DNA from: a virus
Lineage: Duplodnaviria > Heunggongvirae > Uroviricota > Caudoviricetes
IMG/VR virus record: IMGVR_UViG_3300031999_000001
Span: 128,001-192,000 of that record
Direction: 5' to 3' (one strand)
DNA: 64,000 bases
Shown: piece after piece, positions 19,610 through 30,018 of the stretch
Position numbering within the stretch: the stretch's first letter is position 1
Layout: every line of letters begins with the position of its first letter
The notes under the pieces: model-generated
Told to the model about the DNA's origin: nothing
Databases searched by the model: none
The model's input: only the letters and a program-made list of their open reading frames with translations
Made by a program: the position numbers and the translations under genes

Positions 19610-20443
19610 TTACATATTATTTATATAATTTTCCCATAAAATTTTGCCCGTATATCTGTCCCATTGTTTTTCGAAAATAACATCTCTTGGATTATCACCC
19701 GCTTCAAAATCTTTTTCAATATTTAAAATTTTTCTTTGTTTAAGATTACATGCCATTCCTTCATATTCAATAATATAATAGGGTCTTAAAAGACTGACAG
19801 ATAATTGAAAATCAGCACAATTCATCAATTCTACCATTTTTTGTTGATTTATTAATACGTGTTGTTGACCATATCCATTAAAATCACCCTTATTTGGATA
19901 CCAAACAATAATCCAATAAATGCTCGGATTCTCATTTGCATATTTTTGAACATGTTGAAATCCTTTCATTGGATGTGTTGTTCCACACCAAAAACCAATT
20001 TCTTTATTTAATGGAACACCATATTTTAATTTTAAATTATATTTTTCTTCATCTGAATACGATTTAAATAAATCAGTATTAACACAAATAGGTAATATAT
20101 CAACTTTACCATACGGTTCATAAAATGGTACTGCAAATTTTGATGATACAACTCTTCTGTTGGCTGCTTTTGCAGTTTGATATGTTACATTAATAACACC
20201 ATCCCAATGATTAACATTAAAAACTTCTTTCATTTCAGGATATAATTCCCAACATAAAGCAATTACATTTGCTGGCATTGCATTTAACGGTCCTGCAGTT
20301 GAATATCTTAAAACAGTATCATTTTCATTATATTGTAAAGGAAGTTTAAATGATGTGTTTTCAAAAACTTTTTCAAACCACACCCAAAATGTTTCTTCTC
20401 CATATGCACATTTTAATCCATGTATTGGTGATAAATATATCAT
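19610..20443 (-). CDS. GT-B (GT4-like) glycosyltransferase
   Basis: VNTDLF, HPMKG, LMNCAD and YEGMACN motifs. Confidence 0.7.
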   Translation of the reverse strand: MIYLSPIHGLKCAYGEETFWVWFEKVFENTSFKLPLQYNENDTVLRYSTAGPLNAMPANVIALCWELYPEMKEVFNVNHWDGVINVTYQTAKAANRRVVSSKFAVPFYEPYGKVDILPICVNTDLFKSYSDEEKYNLKLKYGVPLNKEIGFWCGTTHPMKGFQHVQKYANENPSIYWIIVWYPNKGDFNGYGQQHVLINQQKMVELMNCADFQLSVSLLRPYYIIEYEGMACNLKQRKILNIEKDFEAGDNPRDVIFEKQWDRYTGKILWENYINNM

Positions 20444-20979
20444 TTTTTTAAAAATTTTAATGTTCTTCTATCATTATCCCTACAAACAATTGTAATTCCA
20501 GCAACTCCAATTGGAAGTGTGATTAAATTTAATTCTGGATGATTTTCTTTAATCCAATCATGCATTTTATATGAATCACTACAATACATTTGTTCTAAAT
20601 ACTTTTCTTCAAATGGGTCTGTATCATGAAGAAGAATAATACCATGAATATTTAAACATTTTAACGAATTTTCAAAATCTCTTTTCACTTGTTCAAAACG
20701 ATGATCAGCATCAATAAAAATAATATCAGCATATCCAATAAAATCTTTAAAAAACTCATCAGTTGTTTTTAAATGAAACTCAAAATTTCTAAAAAGTAAT
20801 TTATCATCAATATCAACACCAATACACCTTTTAGAATATTTAGTAATTTCCTTAATGTTTAATCCTTGTAACACACCCAATTCCAAATAAGTTTCACATC
20901 CGGTTAATTCAACAATTTTAGATATTAACGTTGGATGTAATTCAAATTTACTATAATTATATGCAAATCTGTTTATCAT
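20440..20979 (-). CDS. SAM methyltransferase (Methyltransf_24-like)
   Basis: YLELGV, IFIDADH and GIILLHD motifs. Confidence 0.82.
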   Translation of the reverse strand: MINRFAYNYSKFELHPTLISKIVELTGCETYLELGVLQGLNIKEITKYSKRCIGVDIDDKLLFRNFEFHLKTTDEFFKDFIGYADIIFIDADHRFEQVKRDFENSLKCLNIHGIILLHDTDPFEEKYLEQMYCSDSYKMHDWIKENHPELNLITLPIGVAGITIVCRDNDRRTLKFLKK

Positions 20980-21018
20980 ATTTTTCCAATTAATATATTA
21001 ATTAAACAATAATTTTTA

Positions 21019-21879
21019 TTAAGGATTAATATTTTTATTTTTTAATAAATTTCCTAACACATTGTTTGGTAAATTCGTTAAACCACCATTAGTTTCTTGT
21101 AAAAATTTTCCAGATAATGCACAACCACCATACCAATGAATGCCAATTGTATTTGTGGTAATTTTTGGTTTTGCTCCATTGTATATCTCCGTTTTATTTG
21201 CTGCACCCATTGAATAAACAGCATCATCACCAATATCTGCCACAGAAGAAATTTTATTAATTAATTGTAATGTTCGATAATTTTTATTCCACAACAATGA
21301 ACCAATTGTCTGATACATTTTTTTATTATATACTCTTTTTGCTTCTTCAATTAATATTTTATAAAAATCATTATTTCCTGCACTCATAAGAAATCCAATA
21401 GAATGTCCATGCGGTGAAATACAAACAAATGTTTCAATATTTTTATTATTTTCTATGTTCACCGTTAAGCAATTAATTGGTCTAAAATAAAGAATATCCA
21501 TATCAGACCATACTCCACCAATCGTTGATAAAATTTCAAGTCTTATAAAATCCGATTTATGTACTTCAGATACATCATTACTAAATCCATAATTATTAAA
21601 GTCAGTTGGAATCATTTCTATTGGCAAGTTTTTTAGTTCTTCTATGTAATCATCACACGAAAATTCTTGTTCTTGTTCTTTGGTATTCCAAGTAACAATA
21701 GTTTTTGATGGATATTTAGGATACCAAAACATAACTTTCCATTCTGGATTTTTTAACATAAATGAACGTATGGTCATAAATCTGAGATACGAAAATATTC
21801 CAGTACCCCAATAAATATGAAAAATTTTTGGAACTTTTAAATGCCATACATTATTTAATGAGTTAATATATTGTTCCAT
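21019..21879 (-). CDS. GT32 (DxD, Och1-like) glycosyltransferase
   Basis: VPKIFHIYW, SDFIRL, GGVWSDMD and GIHWY motifs. Confidence 0.82.
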   Translation of the reverse strand: MEQYINSLNNVWHLKVPKIFHIYWGTGIFSYLRFMTIRSFMLKNPEWKVMFWYPKYPSKTIVTWNTKEQEQEFSCDDYIEELKNLPIEMIPTDFNNYGFSNDVSEVHKSDFIRLEILSTIGGVWSDMDILYFRPINCLTVNIENNKNIETFVCISPHGHSIGFLMSAGNNDFYKILIEEAKRVYNKKMYQTIGSLLWNKNYRTLQLINKISSVADIGDDAVYSMGAANKTEIYNGAKPKITTNTIGIHWYGGCALSGKFLQETNGGLTNLPNNVLGNLLKNKNINP

Positions 21880-21880
21880 T

Positions 21881-22534
21881 TTAATATATATATGTTAATT
21901 CCATATAATTAATTAAATTTTTATTTTTATACTCTATAATATATGGTAGTATTGCCATATTTAATGCGGTATATCCTTTATCAATTTTTGTTCGTACCAT
22001 TAAACCCGTCCATGATGATGGAGATTTAAGAAAATATTTAATAAATCCATTAACATTAATTAAATTATAATCATAAAATGGAATCCCCGCATATTGACAA
22101 TCATGATATAAAATCAAATCAAATTTATCATAAAGAGCATTAATTGATAGTGTTCTACATGCTGTAAATTGATCAACAAACAATAGATTTGGTTTTAATT
22201 CTGGAATAACTAAATTATGATAATAATTAAAAATTTCAAATTTTTTATCATCGGATAATTCTTTAAGATGTGTAAATATTTTAACTTCATTTAAGTCATG
22301 ATAAATTACATCAATATTTTTATATTTATTTCTAATGTGGTCAATCCATTCCTTATCACTTTCAACACCTAATAATTTGGTTTTATAATTAAGAAAAACG
22401 GGTGTTGAATTATCTCCGATTCCTAATTCAAGTACAAATGCTGGTGTATACAATTCCATTACCGCTTTTATTATTGGTTGATGTGTTGACCATTCATAAC
22501 CATTATTGATATTCATATTACTTTTATTTTCCAA
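21881..22534 (-). CDS. Putative SAM methyltransferase
   Basis: STHQP, VLELGIGDNST, LLFVD and LYHD motifs. Confidence 0.65.
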   Translation of the reverse strand: MENKSNMNINNGYEWSTHQPIIKAVMELYTPAFVLELGIGDNSTPVFLNYKTKLLGVESDKEWIDHIRNKYKNIDVIYHDLNEVKIFTHLKELSDDKKFEIFNYYHNLVIPELKPNLLFVDQFTACRTLSINALYDKFDLILYHDCQYAGIPFYDYNLINVNGFIKYFLKSPSSWTGLMVRTKIDKGYTALNMAILPYIIEYKNKNLINYMELTYIY

Positions 22535-23591
22535 TTAATATATTAATTACTGTATCTGAAACATTTTCAACCAAATAATCATTAGGTACATACCATTTAT
22601 TTCCTCTATTAATTGCCGAATAAAATGCTTCAACAATATTTTCCGTCTTAATACCACACAATATATTTGAACCACACTCGATTGTTTCTTGTCTTTCAGT
22701 ACTTTCTCTTATTGTTAATGTTGGTACACCAAAAATACAACATTCTTCCTGTACAGTTCCACTATCAGAAATAACACACATTGCATTTTTTTCTAATTTA
22801 ATAAAATCAAAAAACCCTAATGGATGTGAAACAAGTATATTTTTATTTAAAATAATATTAAATTTTTCAAGTTTATTTTTTGTTCTTGGATGTAATGAAA
22901 AAACAACACAATAATTTTCCGAAATTTCATTAATTGCATTAATTATGCTTTTTAAGGATTCTTTATTATCAACATTTTCTGTTCTATGTGCTGTTACCAA
23001 CACAAATTTACCATCTTCTAAATTCCACTCATGCATTATAACGCTTTTATTAATATCATTCTCAAACTTATTTAATACTTCAAATATTGGATTACCAATT
23101 TTAAACACATAATTTTTATGATGTCCTTCATTTAAAAGATTTTGTTTGCTGTTTTCAGTATATGGTAAATTATATTTGGAAATACTATCAATAATTCTTC
23201 TATTTGCTTCTTCTGGTAATCTTTCATCATAACACCTATTTCCAGCTTCCATATGATATACTGGAATTTTATATTTTTCGGCAACAATTGATAATAATCC
23301 CGAATTTGTATCTCCCAATGTTAATATCTTATCTGGTTTTTCGACTTTCAATACTTTTTCAAATTCTAATATTGCATTTCCTAAAAAATCACCAAATGAC
23401 TGACTTTCTTTTTCAAAATAATAATTAGGTTTTCTTATTTTCATTTCATCAAAAAATCTACCACTTAAATTATAATCATAATTTTGATTTGTATATATTA
23501 AGACATGATTAACCAACATATTTAATTTTTCAATTATTATGCTTAACCTAATTAATTCAGGTCTTGTTCCAGTTATTGTTAATATTTTCAT
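22524..23591 (-). CDS. UDP-N-acetylhexosamine 2-epimerase, FnlC/WbjD/CapG-type
   Basis: GTRPELIRLS, NQNYDY, LGDTNS, HMEAGNRC, EEANRR and SDSGTVQEE motifs. Confidence 0.9.
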   Translation of the reverse strand: MKILTITGTRPELIRLSIIIEKLNMLVNHVLIYTNQNYDYNLSGRFFDEMKIRKPNYYFEKESQSFGDFLGNAILEFEKVLKVEKPDKILTLGDTNSGLLSIVAEKYKIPVYHMEAGNRCYDERLPEEANRRIIDSISKYNLPYTENSKQNLLNEGHHKNYVFKIGNPIFEVLNKFENDINKSVIMHEWNLEDGKFVLVTAHRTENVDNKESLKSIINAINEISENYCVVFSLHPRTKNKLEKFNIILNKNILVSHPLGFFDFIKLEKNAMCVISDSGTVQEECCIFGVPTLTIRESTERQETIECGSNILCGIKTENIVEAFYSAINRGNKWYVPNDYLVENVSDTVINILIGK

Positions 23592-24379
23592 TAAATAATA
23601 ATTTTATTTGGATTTGCTTTAATTATATTTTCTTTTGCTGTTGTTTCTGCATATAAATTATGATTAATATTTCTCAGTTTATTAGAATTTTTATTATTAT
23701 ATGAAAATTGTTCGTGTGTTTGATGAATTACCACAACACTATCAACAAACACAACATTCATTTTTTTTCTTCTTACTCTTTCTAAAAATTCAACATCATC
23801 CCTTTCAATACCATATGCATATCTTTCATCAAAACCATTTAATTCAATTAAATCTTCTTTTGTAATTGCGGTACAAAAATTTATTGCTGCAGGTCTAAAT
23901 ATTCTATGAGCATACCATTGACCATCATTATTATCATTAATATTAATTTTAATTAATTTATTGATTTCAAAAGAATAATTATTATTCCAATTAATTTTTT
24001 TTAGGACATTTACAACATTTTTATTTATTACTGAATACACCAAATATTTATTTTTTTCAATATTGTTAATAACGTGTTGAAAAACATCATCATAATGAAA
24101 ACATTCAGGATTTTGTAATATAAAAATATCACCAGAACAATAACCAAAAGCAATATTAAATGGAATACATGGATTTGTATGTTTTTTATTTTCTTTATCA
24201 ATTCGAATTGTTTTTAAAAACTTAAATTGTTTTTCCAAATCATCAATTCTATGTTCATCATCACTCCCATCATCAACAATAATTACCTCAAAATCTTTAT
24301 ATACACTCTTATTTATACTATGAAGCGTATTAATTAAATGTTGTTTTCGATTATAATATGCCATTGCTACTGATATCAT
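23591..24379 (-). CDS. GT2 glycosyltransferase
   Basis: YYNR, VDDGS, QNPEC, NGFDERY and DDVEF motifs. Confidence 0.82.
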   Translation of the reverse strand: MISVAMAYYNRKQHLINTLHSINKSVYKDFEVIIVDDGSDDEHRIDDLEKQFKFLKTIRIDKENKKHTNPCIPFNIAFGYCSGDIFILQNPECFHYDDVFQHVINNIEKNKYLVYSVINKNVVNVLKKINWNNNYSFEINKLIKININDNNDGQWYAHRIFRPAAINFCTAITKEDLIELNGFDERYAYGIERDDVEFLERVRRKKMNVVFVDSVVVIHQTHEQFSYNNKNSNKLRNINHNLYAETTAKENIIKANPNKIII

Positions 24380-24390
24380 TAAATATTTTT

Positions 24391-25266
24391 TTAGTTAAAA
24401 TAATTTTTACATAATTTACAAAAAAGATAATTATAATTTAAATAATTATTATGATTTAATAAATTATTAAATTTTTGCGCCACACCGCCACCAGCATACC
24501 AATGATATCCAATTGCATTTTCAGGAAAATCAGTAATATTTATTGCACAATTCTGATGAAAACAATCACCAATATTTTTATTATTATAATGATATACTAC
24601 ATCCATTGGTAAATTAAAAAATTTTAAATGTGGATATTTTTCAATTGCAAACGGTAAAATTTTTTGCCCATAACAACCATATGATTTATATAAATCATAT
24701 ACATTTAAAACACCATATGCTTGATATGCATAATGTTTTTCAAATTTAAATGTATTATAAAAAATATCTTTAAAAAAATCGTTTTCGGATGTAGATGCCA
24801 TTAAGCCAATTGATATATATTTGGTTTGACAAATAACAACATTAATATTTTCTTTATTCCATTGATTATATAATTCATCTATTGGTTTAAAAAATAAAAT
24901 ATCCATATCTGAATATATTCCCCCATTTTTATACAACTGATACCATTTAAATAAATTACTTTTTCCAGATGGTGTAATGTTTTTAAATCTATTAAGTTCA
25001 ACTTCTTCAGTATTCCATTTTATTATATTAATATTTAATTCTTTTATTTTTGAAAAATAATCTAAACCTTCATAAAACCAAAAATCCTGTCTACGTCCTG
25101 CTTTAATAAAATCAGGAGTTAATTCAGGAGTTAAAACAGTTTTTTCATTACAATATAAATCCATTTGCCAATCTGGATTCATTTTTCTAAATGAAAATAA
25201 GGTCATATATCTCATCCAAGACAATTTATCATTTTCCCAATAAAAAAATATTCGTTTGGGTATCAT
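24391..25266 (-). CDS. GT32 glycosyltransferase (paralog of 21019-21879)
   Basis: IPKRIFFYW, GGIYSDMD and GYHWYAG motifs. Confidence 0.82.
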   Translation of the reverse strand: MIPKRIFFYWENDKLSWMRYMTLFSFRKMNPDWQMDLYCNEKTVLTPELTPDFIKAGRRQDFWFYEGLDYFSKIKELNINIIKWNTEEVELNRFKNITPSGKSNLFKWYQLYKNGGIYSDMDILFFKPIDELYNQWNKENINVVICQTKYISIGLMASTSENDFFKDIFYNTFKFEKHYAYQAYGVLNVYDLYKSYGCYGQKILPFAIEKYPHLKFFNLPMDVVYHYNNKNIGDCFHQNCAINITDFPENAIGYHWYAGGGVAQKFNNLLNHNNYLNYNYLFCKLCKNYFN

Positions 25267-25841
25267 AGTTTATTTATTTTTCTTGCTAAATACCAATTCC
25301 ATTTTTTATTTATTTTCATAATTTCAAAACCAACATTTTCTAAAAGCAATAATGATGTTTTTGTTAATTCAATCCAATCAGGATTTTTTCTATCATGAAA
25401 ACTAATTGTTATTTGATCAATATTTTTAAAATCTTTTATATCCAAACTATGTAATAACGGATATTCAGCACCCTCAATATTAATTTTTAATATTGAAATC
25501 TGATTAATATTATATAATTTACAAAAATTTTTCCAAGAAAGTACAGGAAATTCGATACCGTCTTTATTATTAAGAAAAACCGATGAAGAAAATCCAATAT
25601 CTTTTATAAGTGTTTTACCATCAAATGCACCAATCAATCCCTTAAATAATTCAACACCAATAATTTCATTTTCAAATGGGTCAACACCAATAATTCTTTT
25701 TTTTCCAATAAAAAAAGAAGACCAATCCCAATTTAAGCATCCAATATCAATAACACATCCATTGTGTTCAAAAACTCTTGAATCAATTGTTGAATAATCA
25801 CGTCCCTTTATGGTTTGAATTAAAGTGTTTTTATTTTCCAT
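25263..25841 (-). CDS. FkbM-family methyltransferase
   Basis: VIDIGC, LKINIEGAE and ISFH motifs. Confidence 0.8.
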   Translation of the reverse strand: MENKNTLIQTIKGRDYSTIDSRVFEHNGCVIDIGCLNWDWSSFFIGKKRIIGVDPFENEIIGVELFKGLIGAFDGKTLIKDIGFSSSVFLNNKDGIEFPVLSWKNFCKLYNINQISILKINIEGAEYPLLHSLDIKDFKNIDQITISFHDRKNPDWIELTKTSLLLLENVGFEIMKINKKWNWYLARKINKL

Positions 25842-25859
25842 TATTTATAAAATAATTTT

Positions 25860-26444
25860 TTATATAGTTTTTATTTTTTTTAGAATTAACAAAACGCCCT
25901 TCCATCCATTATCTATATTAAATTCTTTATTAATTAAGAAATATTTTAAAATAGCTTCTTTTATTGGAATAATATTTTCGGTATCAAACACTTCATATTT
26001 TCCTGCACGCTGTATTGCTAATTCCAGAAAAAAAACACCATTGGGTTTTAATATTCGATTAGTCTCTTTTAAAAAAACATCTAAGTACAATACATGATCA
26101 ATGGCATTGCAAAAAGCAAAATCAAATATATAATCAGGAAATTTTAATTGATGGAAATCACCATATAAAACATGTTCATTTTTTTCCCCCGGTTCAATAT
26201 CAATACCAATGGCAAGTGCATTTAATTTTTTAAATGCACGAACCTCCCCACCCAATCTGGCAGCAAGACAAATTATACTTTTTTCTTTAAAATCAAACAA
26301 ATTTTTATATCTATCTAACACAATTTGTTCATAACGTTTATCATTTCTTATAATTTCCTTCAAATGAGTATGTAATTTATCTGATTGATGTTCTATATAA
26401 CTCTCATAATTTAAATATTCTCTCTTTTTTATATTGTCTGTCAT
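25860..26444 (-). CDS. SAM methyltransferase (type 11-like)
   Basis: CLAARLGGEV, GIDI, GDFH and RILKPNG motifs. Confidence 0.8.
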   Translation of the reverse strand: MTDNIKKREYLNYESYIEHQSDKLHTHLKEIIRNDKRYEQIVLDRYKNLFDFKEKSIICLAARLGGEVRAFKKLNALAIGIDIEPGEKNEHVLYGDFHQLKFPDYIFDFAFCNAIDHVLYLDVFLKETNRILKPNGVFFLELAIQRAGKYEVFDTENIIPIKEAILKYFLINKEFNIDNGWKGVLLILKKIKTI

Positions 26445-26483
26445 TAATATTATTTTAAAACACCTTTTATTTTATAATTTTAA

Positions 26484-27038
26484 CTAAAATTTAAAAACAT
26501 ATATTATTCGTCTGCGATTTGTATGATTAACTAAAAGAATTTTTTTTGGCATTATATTGTTAGTCCACTTTCTTATTATTTCATCATCAATATTATGATG
26601 ATTCAAATCATTTGGTGAATTCCATTTATATGGAAACGATAAAATTGCATTTTTACTTATTCTCATAATTTCATTAAAGACTTTACTTTGTTTTTTATTT
26701 TCAAAATGTTCAAATACCTGCAATGCCACAAAAACATCATAATATTTATCAGATATGTTCCAAGGTAAAGATGTAGCATCTTGAATATAATTTTTATTTT
26801 TTAAATTTTTGGTGTCAATATATTCTAATTGTAAATCCATATTATCACTAATATTTGTTAAATTAATTTTATATGCTCCAAGTTCAAGAATTGTTTGGGG
26901 ATTAAGTTTTCTAATTTCGTTAATTACAGGATACATATATTTCCATCGACCCGACCATGAATTATTCCAATAATCATCATTTAATAGATTCATTTTATTT
27001 ATTAACGATGTTCTACATAAATATTTAATATTCAACAT
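26484..27038 (-). CDS. SAM methyltransferase
   Basis: ILELGA, DATSLPW and YDVFVALQVFEH motifs. Confidence 0.75.
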   Translation of the reverse strand: MLNIKYLCRTSLINKMNLLNDDYWNNSWSGRWKYMYPVINEIRKLNPQTILELGAYKINLTNISDNMDLQLEYIDTKNLKNKNYIQDATSLPWNISDKYYDVFVALQVFEHFENKKQSKVFNEIMRISKNAILSFPYKWNSPNDLNHHNIDDEIIRKWTNNIMPKKILLVNHTNRRRIIYVFKF

Positions 27039-27952
27039 ATGTATTTACTATTTTATTTATTTTAATGCTTTGATTATTACCAATTAATTTCTTATATTCT
27101 TTTCTTATTTCAGAATTTGCCCCAAATAAAATATTTTGAGTTAAACTATCTTGATGCATTCGTCTGTAAAATAATGGTTTGTTTATTAATTTTTCCTTTA
27201 TTATAGATAAACCCCTTTTTAATAATTCGGTGTCTGCAGCACACATCCAAGATTCATATCCACCCAATTTATTATATAATGATAATTTAAATAATCCAAC
27301 ACCATGTGGATATCTGATAAAATTTATGTTTTTTTGAATAACATTTTTAATTAGTATTAAATATTTAAATCTAATAATATTATAATTATCAACAAAATAC
27401 ATTATTTCATTAATCATTTCTGGTTTCATAATATCATCACCATCAAAACGAATAATATTCTCATTTTTTATAATATCCAATAACGTGTTTGATGTAATAT
27501 ATGTGCCCATGTTATTATCCATCATAAATATCCTAAGATTTCTATATTTATGTTTGATTTCAAGCAATTTATTTAATGTGTCCTGACAAGCATCGACACC
27601 CACCAATACCTCAAAATTATTATTATTAATAAAATATGTCTGATTTTCAATTGAATTTAAAGTTTCTTCAATATACTTTTGTGTTTGATATGCTGATATT
27701 ATTATTGATATTGGTTTTTTATTTTCTAAAATTGGAAGACATCCGTTGTCCATAATACCTAATCTTCGTTCATTACGACCAAACAAATTAAGATTAATTT
27801 GTTTTTTATTCTCATCACCATGAATTCTTAACTTATCTCTTTCATTCATTAATTTAATTATTTTATTTTTTTTTTTCAATAAAAACAAGTTGCCGATGTC
27901 TTAATTCGATTCTTTTTTTTACTTCATTAATGCTTATTTTTTGTTTTTTCAT
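27025..27952 (-). CDS. GT2 glycosyltransferase; ATG at 27952 is out of frame across an A11 tract (main frame 27025-27888)
   Basis: ISIIISAY, RFDGDD, GGY, ADTE and YRRMH motifs; see finding on the homopolymer. Confidence 0.75.
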
Positions 27953-27960
27953 TCTAAAAA

Positions 27961-28668
27961 TCAATATTTCATAACATTATAATTAATGTTTTGTCGTGAA
28001 CTAAAATATTTGGGGTATTTTTTTAATTGTAAATTCAAATTTAATTCAGGAAATGCATCAATATGCACAACACGATAATTTTCAATTTTTTTTAATAAAT
28101 ATCCATTTTCTCTTATTCTTTTATTTAATTCAAAATCCCAAAAAATTTTTGTATTGGGTTCGGTAATCCAGAAATTAATTTTATCAACAATGCTTCTTCT
28201 ATGCATATTTACACAAGTTGCTTTATCAACATCACCAAAAACAATTCCATTATATTCTTGTTTATTACGAATTTCCAATACATTCCAAACACCATTCCTT
28301 TTTAACATTAATTGACCAATTTGTGGAAAATTATCCATTATTTCAACCATTTTTTTTAAAAAATGCGGTGTTATTGGTGGACAATCATTATCCCATTGCA
28401 TTGTATATTCACAATCTTCATCGAGATTTTCATAACCGAGCTTAGTACCACCAAAATCACCAAGATTTTCATTAGAATATATTGGTTTGATTTTATAATA
28501 GCTTTCTTTTACTAAAGATTTTATCCATTGTCCAGTACCATCTGTTGATGCTTGATCAATTACCATCATTTTATAATTATCATATCCAGCCAAACGATCA
28601 ATTTCACGAATTGTTAATGTTGTATATTCAAGACGATTAAATGCCCTAATTATTATATTAACTTTCAT
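27961..28668 (-). CDS. GT2 glycosyltransferase
   Basis: IIIRAFNR, IDQASTDGT, NLG and WDND motifs. Confidence 0.8.
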   Translation of the reverse strand: MKVNIIIRAFNRLEYTTLTIREIDRLAGYDNYKMMVIDQASTDGTGQWIKSLVKESYYKIKPIYSNENLGDFGGTKLGYENLDEDCEYTMQWDNDCPPITPHFLKKMVEIMDNFPQIGQLMLKRNGVWNVLEIRNKQEYNGIVFGDVDKATCVNMHRRSIVDKINFWITEPNTKIFWDFELNKRIRENGYLLKKIENYRVVHIDAFPELNLNLQLKKYPKYFSSRQNINYNVMKY

Positions 28669-28680
28669 TTTCTTTTTATA

Positions 28681-29367
28681 TTAAAAATTATTCACCAAAC
28701 CTTGATTATAATCAACATATCCACCACCAACATCACTATATCCTGCTTTTGGTTTCACTAATGTTGGTAAAAAAACATATGCTTTATATATATTATGACT
28801 TTGTAATAATGGCTGTAATATATCTGCTGGCTCTTTCCATATTTTTAATCTTTCTAAAAAATCAACAAAAATATTACTATTATAACCCAAAGCATATGCA
28901 CATTGTGTCCATTTGGTTTTAATTAATTCATAATCAAAAGTATTGTAATTTTGTTTTGTTATTTTAATTGTTTTGTCTCCCGTTATCATTTCAAAACTAC
29001 CCCAATCAAATTGGTTATTTCCACCCAAATACAATAAATTCCAATTATCGGGTAAATATTCAATTTTTTTCCAAAATCTTTCATTTATATTATCATTTAA
29101 ATGAACATCATCCTCAAAAATCAATATACTTTTATATTTTTTTAATATTGCATCTTCGAAAATTTTAATATTTGTTAATAAATTACCATATGCACCAGCA
29201 TGTCGATTTAAACCGGGTTGAAAAATATCTTTTCCGTTAATTGCTTCAAATCTTTCAACCGTTAAAAAATGTTTTAGAAATTCTTTGCTCATTTCTTCCC
29301 ATCTATCAGTTCTGTGTGTTAGATTCAAACAATAAATATGATCAAAAAAATTATTAAGTGTTTTCAT
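28681..29367 (-). CDS. GT25 glycosyltransferase
   Basis: CLNL..RTDR, RFEAING, LIFEDD and LLYLG motifs. Confidence 0.82.
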   Translation of the reverse strand: MKTLNNFFDHIYCLNLTHRTDRWEEMSKEFLKHFLTVERFEAINGKDIFQPGLNRHAGAYGNLLTNIKIFEDAILKKYKSILIFEDDVHLNDNINERFWKKIEYLPDNWNLLYLGGNNQFDWGSFEMITGDKTIKITKQNYNTFDYELIKTKWTQCAYALGYNSNIFVDFLERLKIWKEPADILQPLLQSHNIYKAYVFLPTLVKPKAGYSDVGGGYVDYNQGLVNNF

Positions 29368-29379
29368 ATTTATATATAG

Positions 29380-30018
29380 CTACAAATTATGTTTTTTTCT
29401 AATTGCCATTATTGCATCTATTTCACTGTTTGTATTAGAAGTGATGCCTTCGTCTATATAATATGCAAAAAACTCATTATTTTGCACCGCAACTCCCTTA
29501 TCACCATTTTTTAGCATAGTTAGCCAAAGGTCATAATCTTGAAGCCGTTTTAAATTTTCATCAAATCTTGGAAATTTTTCTCTGCGAATTAATGACATTG
29601 TTGAAATATAATTTGTTACTTTTAGTCTTTCGACATTAAATGGTATTGTTGGTATTATAAAATTTTGTTTCAGTGGATGATTAACACTATCAACAACAAT
29701 TCCAATATACCCGCTATAAGCATATGCTGCATTTAAATTTTTATTTAATGCATCCAATAATTTTTCAAGATAATTTTTTGGTAAAAGTATATCATTATCA
29801 CAAAAAAATACAAATTGTTGTGTTGATCTATCAAAACCATTATTTCTTTTTTTTGGTGCACCACCTAAATCATCATTAATAATTATTTCAATTGGCTGAT
29901 TTGCCTCAATTAAAGGAAATACATAATTTTCAAAAAAATCTTTTCTCAACTTATCTCTTGTTGTTGGAATTATTACAGATATTGGTAATCCATCATTATA
30001 TTTTATAATATCAATCAT
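29380..30018 (-). CDS. GT2 glycosyltransferase
   Basis: ISVIIPT, FCDND and FDENLKRLQDYDLWL motifs. Confidence 0.82.
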   Translation of the reverse strand: MIDIIKYNDGLPISVIIPTTRDKLRKDFFENYVFPLIEANQPIEIIINDDLGGAPKKRNNGFDRSTQQFVFFCDNDILLPKNYLEKLLDALNKNLNAAYAYSGYIGIVVDSVNHPLKQNFIIPTIPFNVERLKVTNYISTMSLIRREKFPRFDENLKRLQDYDLWLTMLKNGDKGVAVQNNEFFAYYIDEGITSNTNSEIDAIMAIRKKHNL

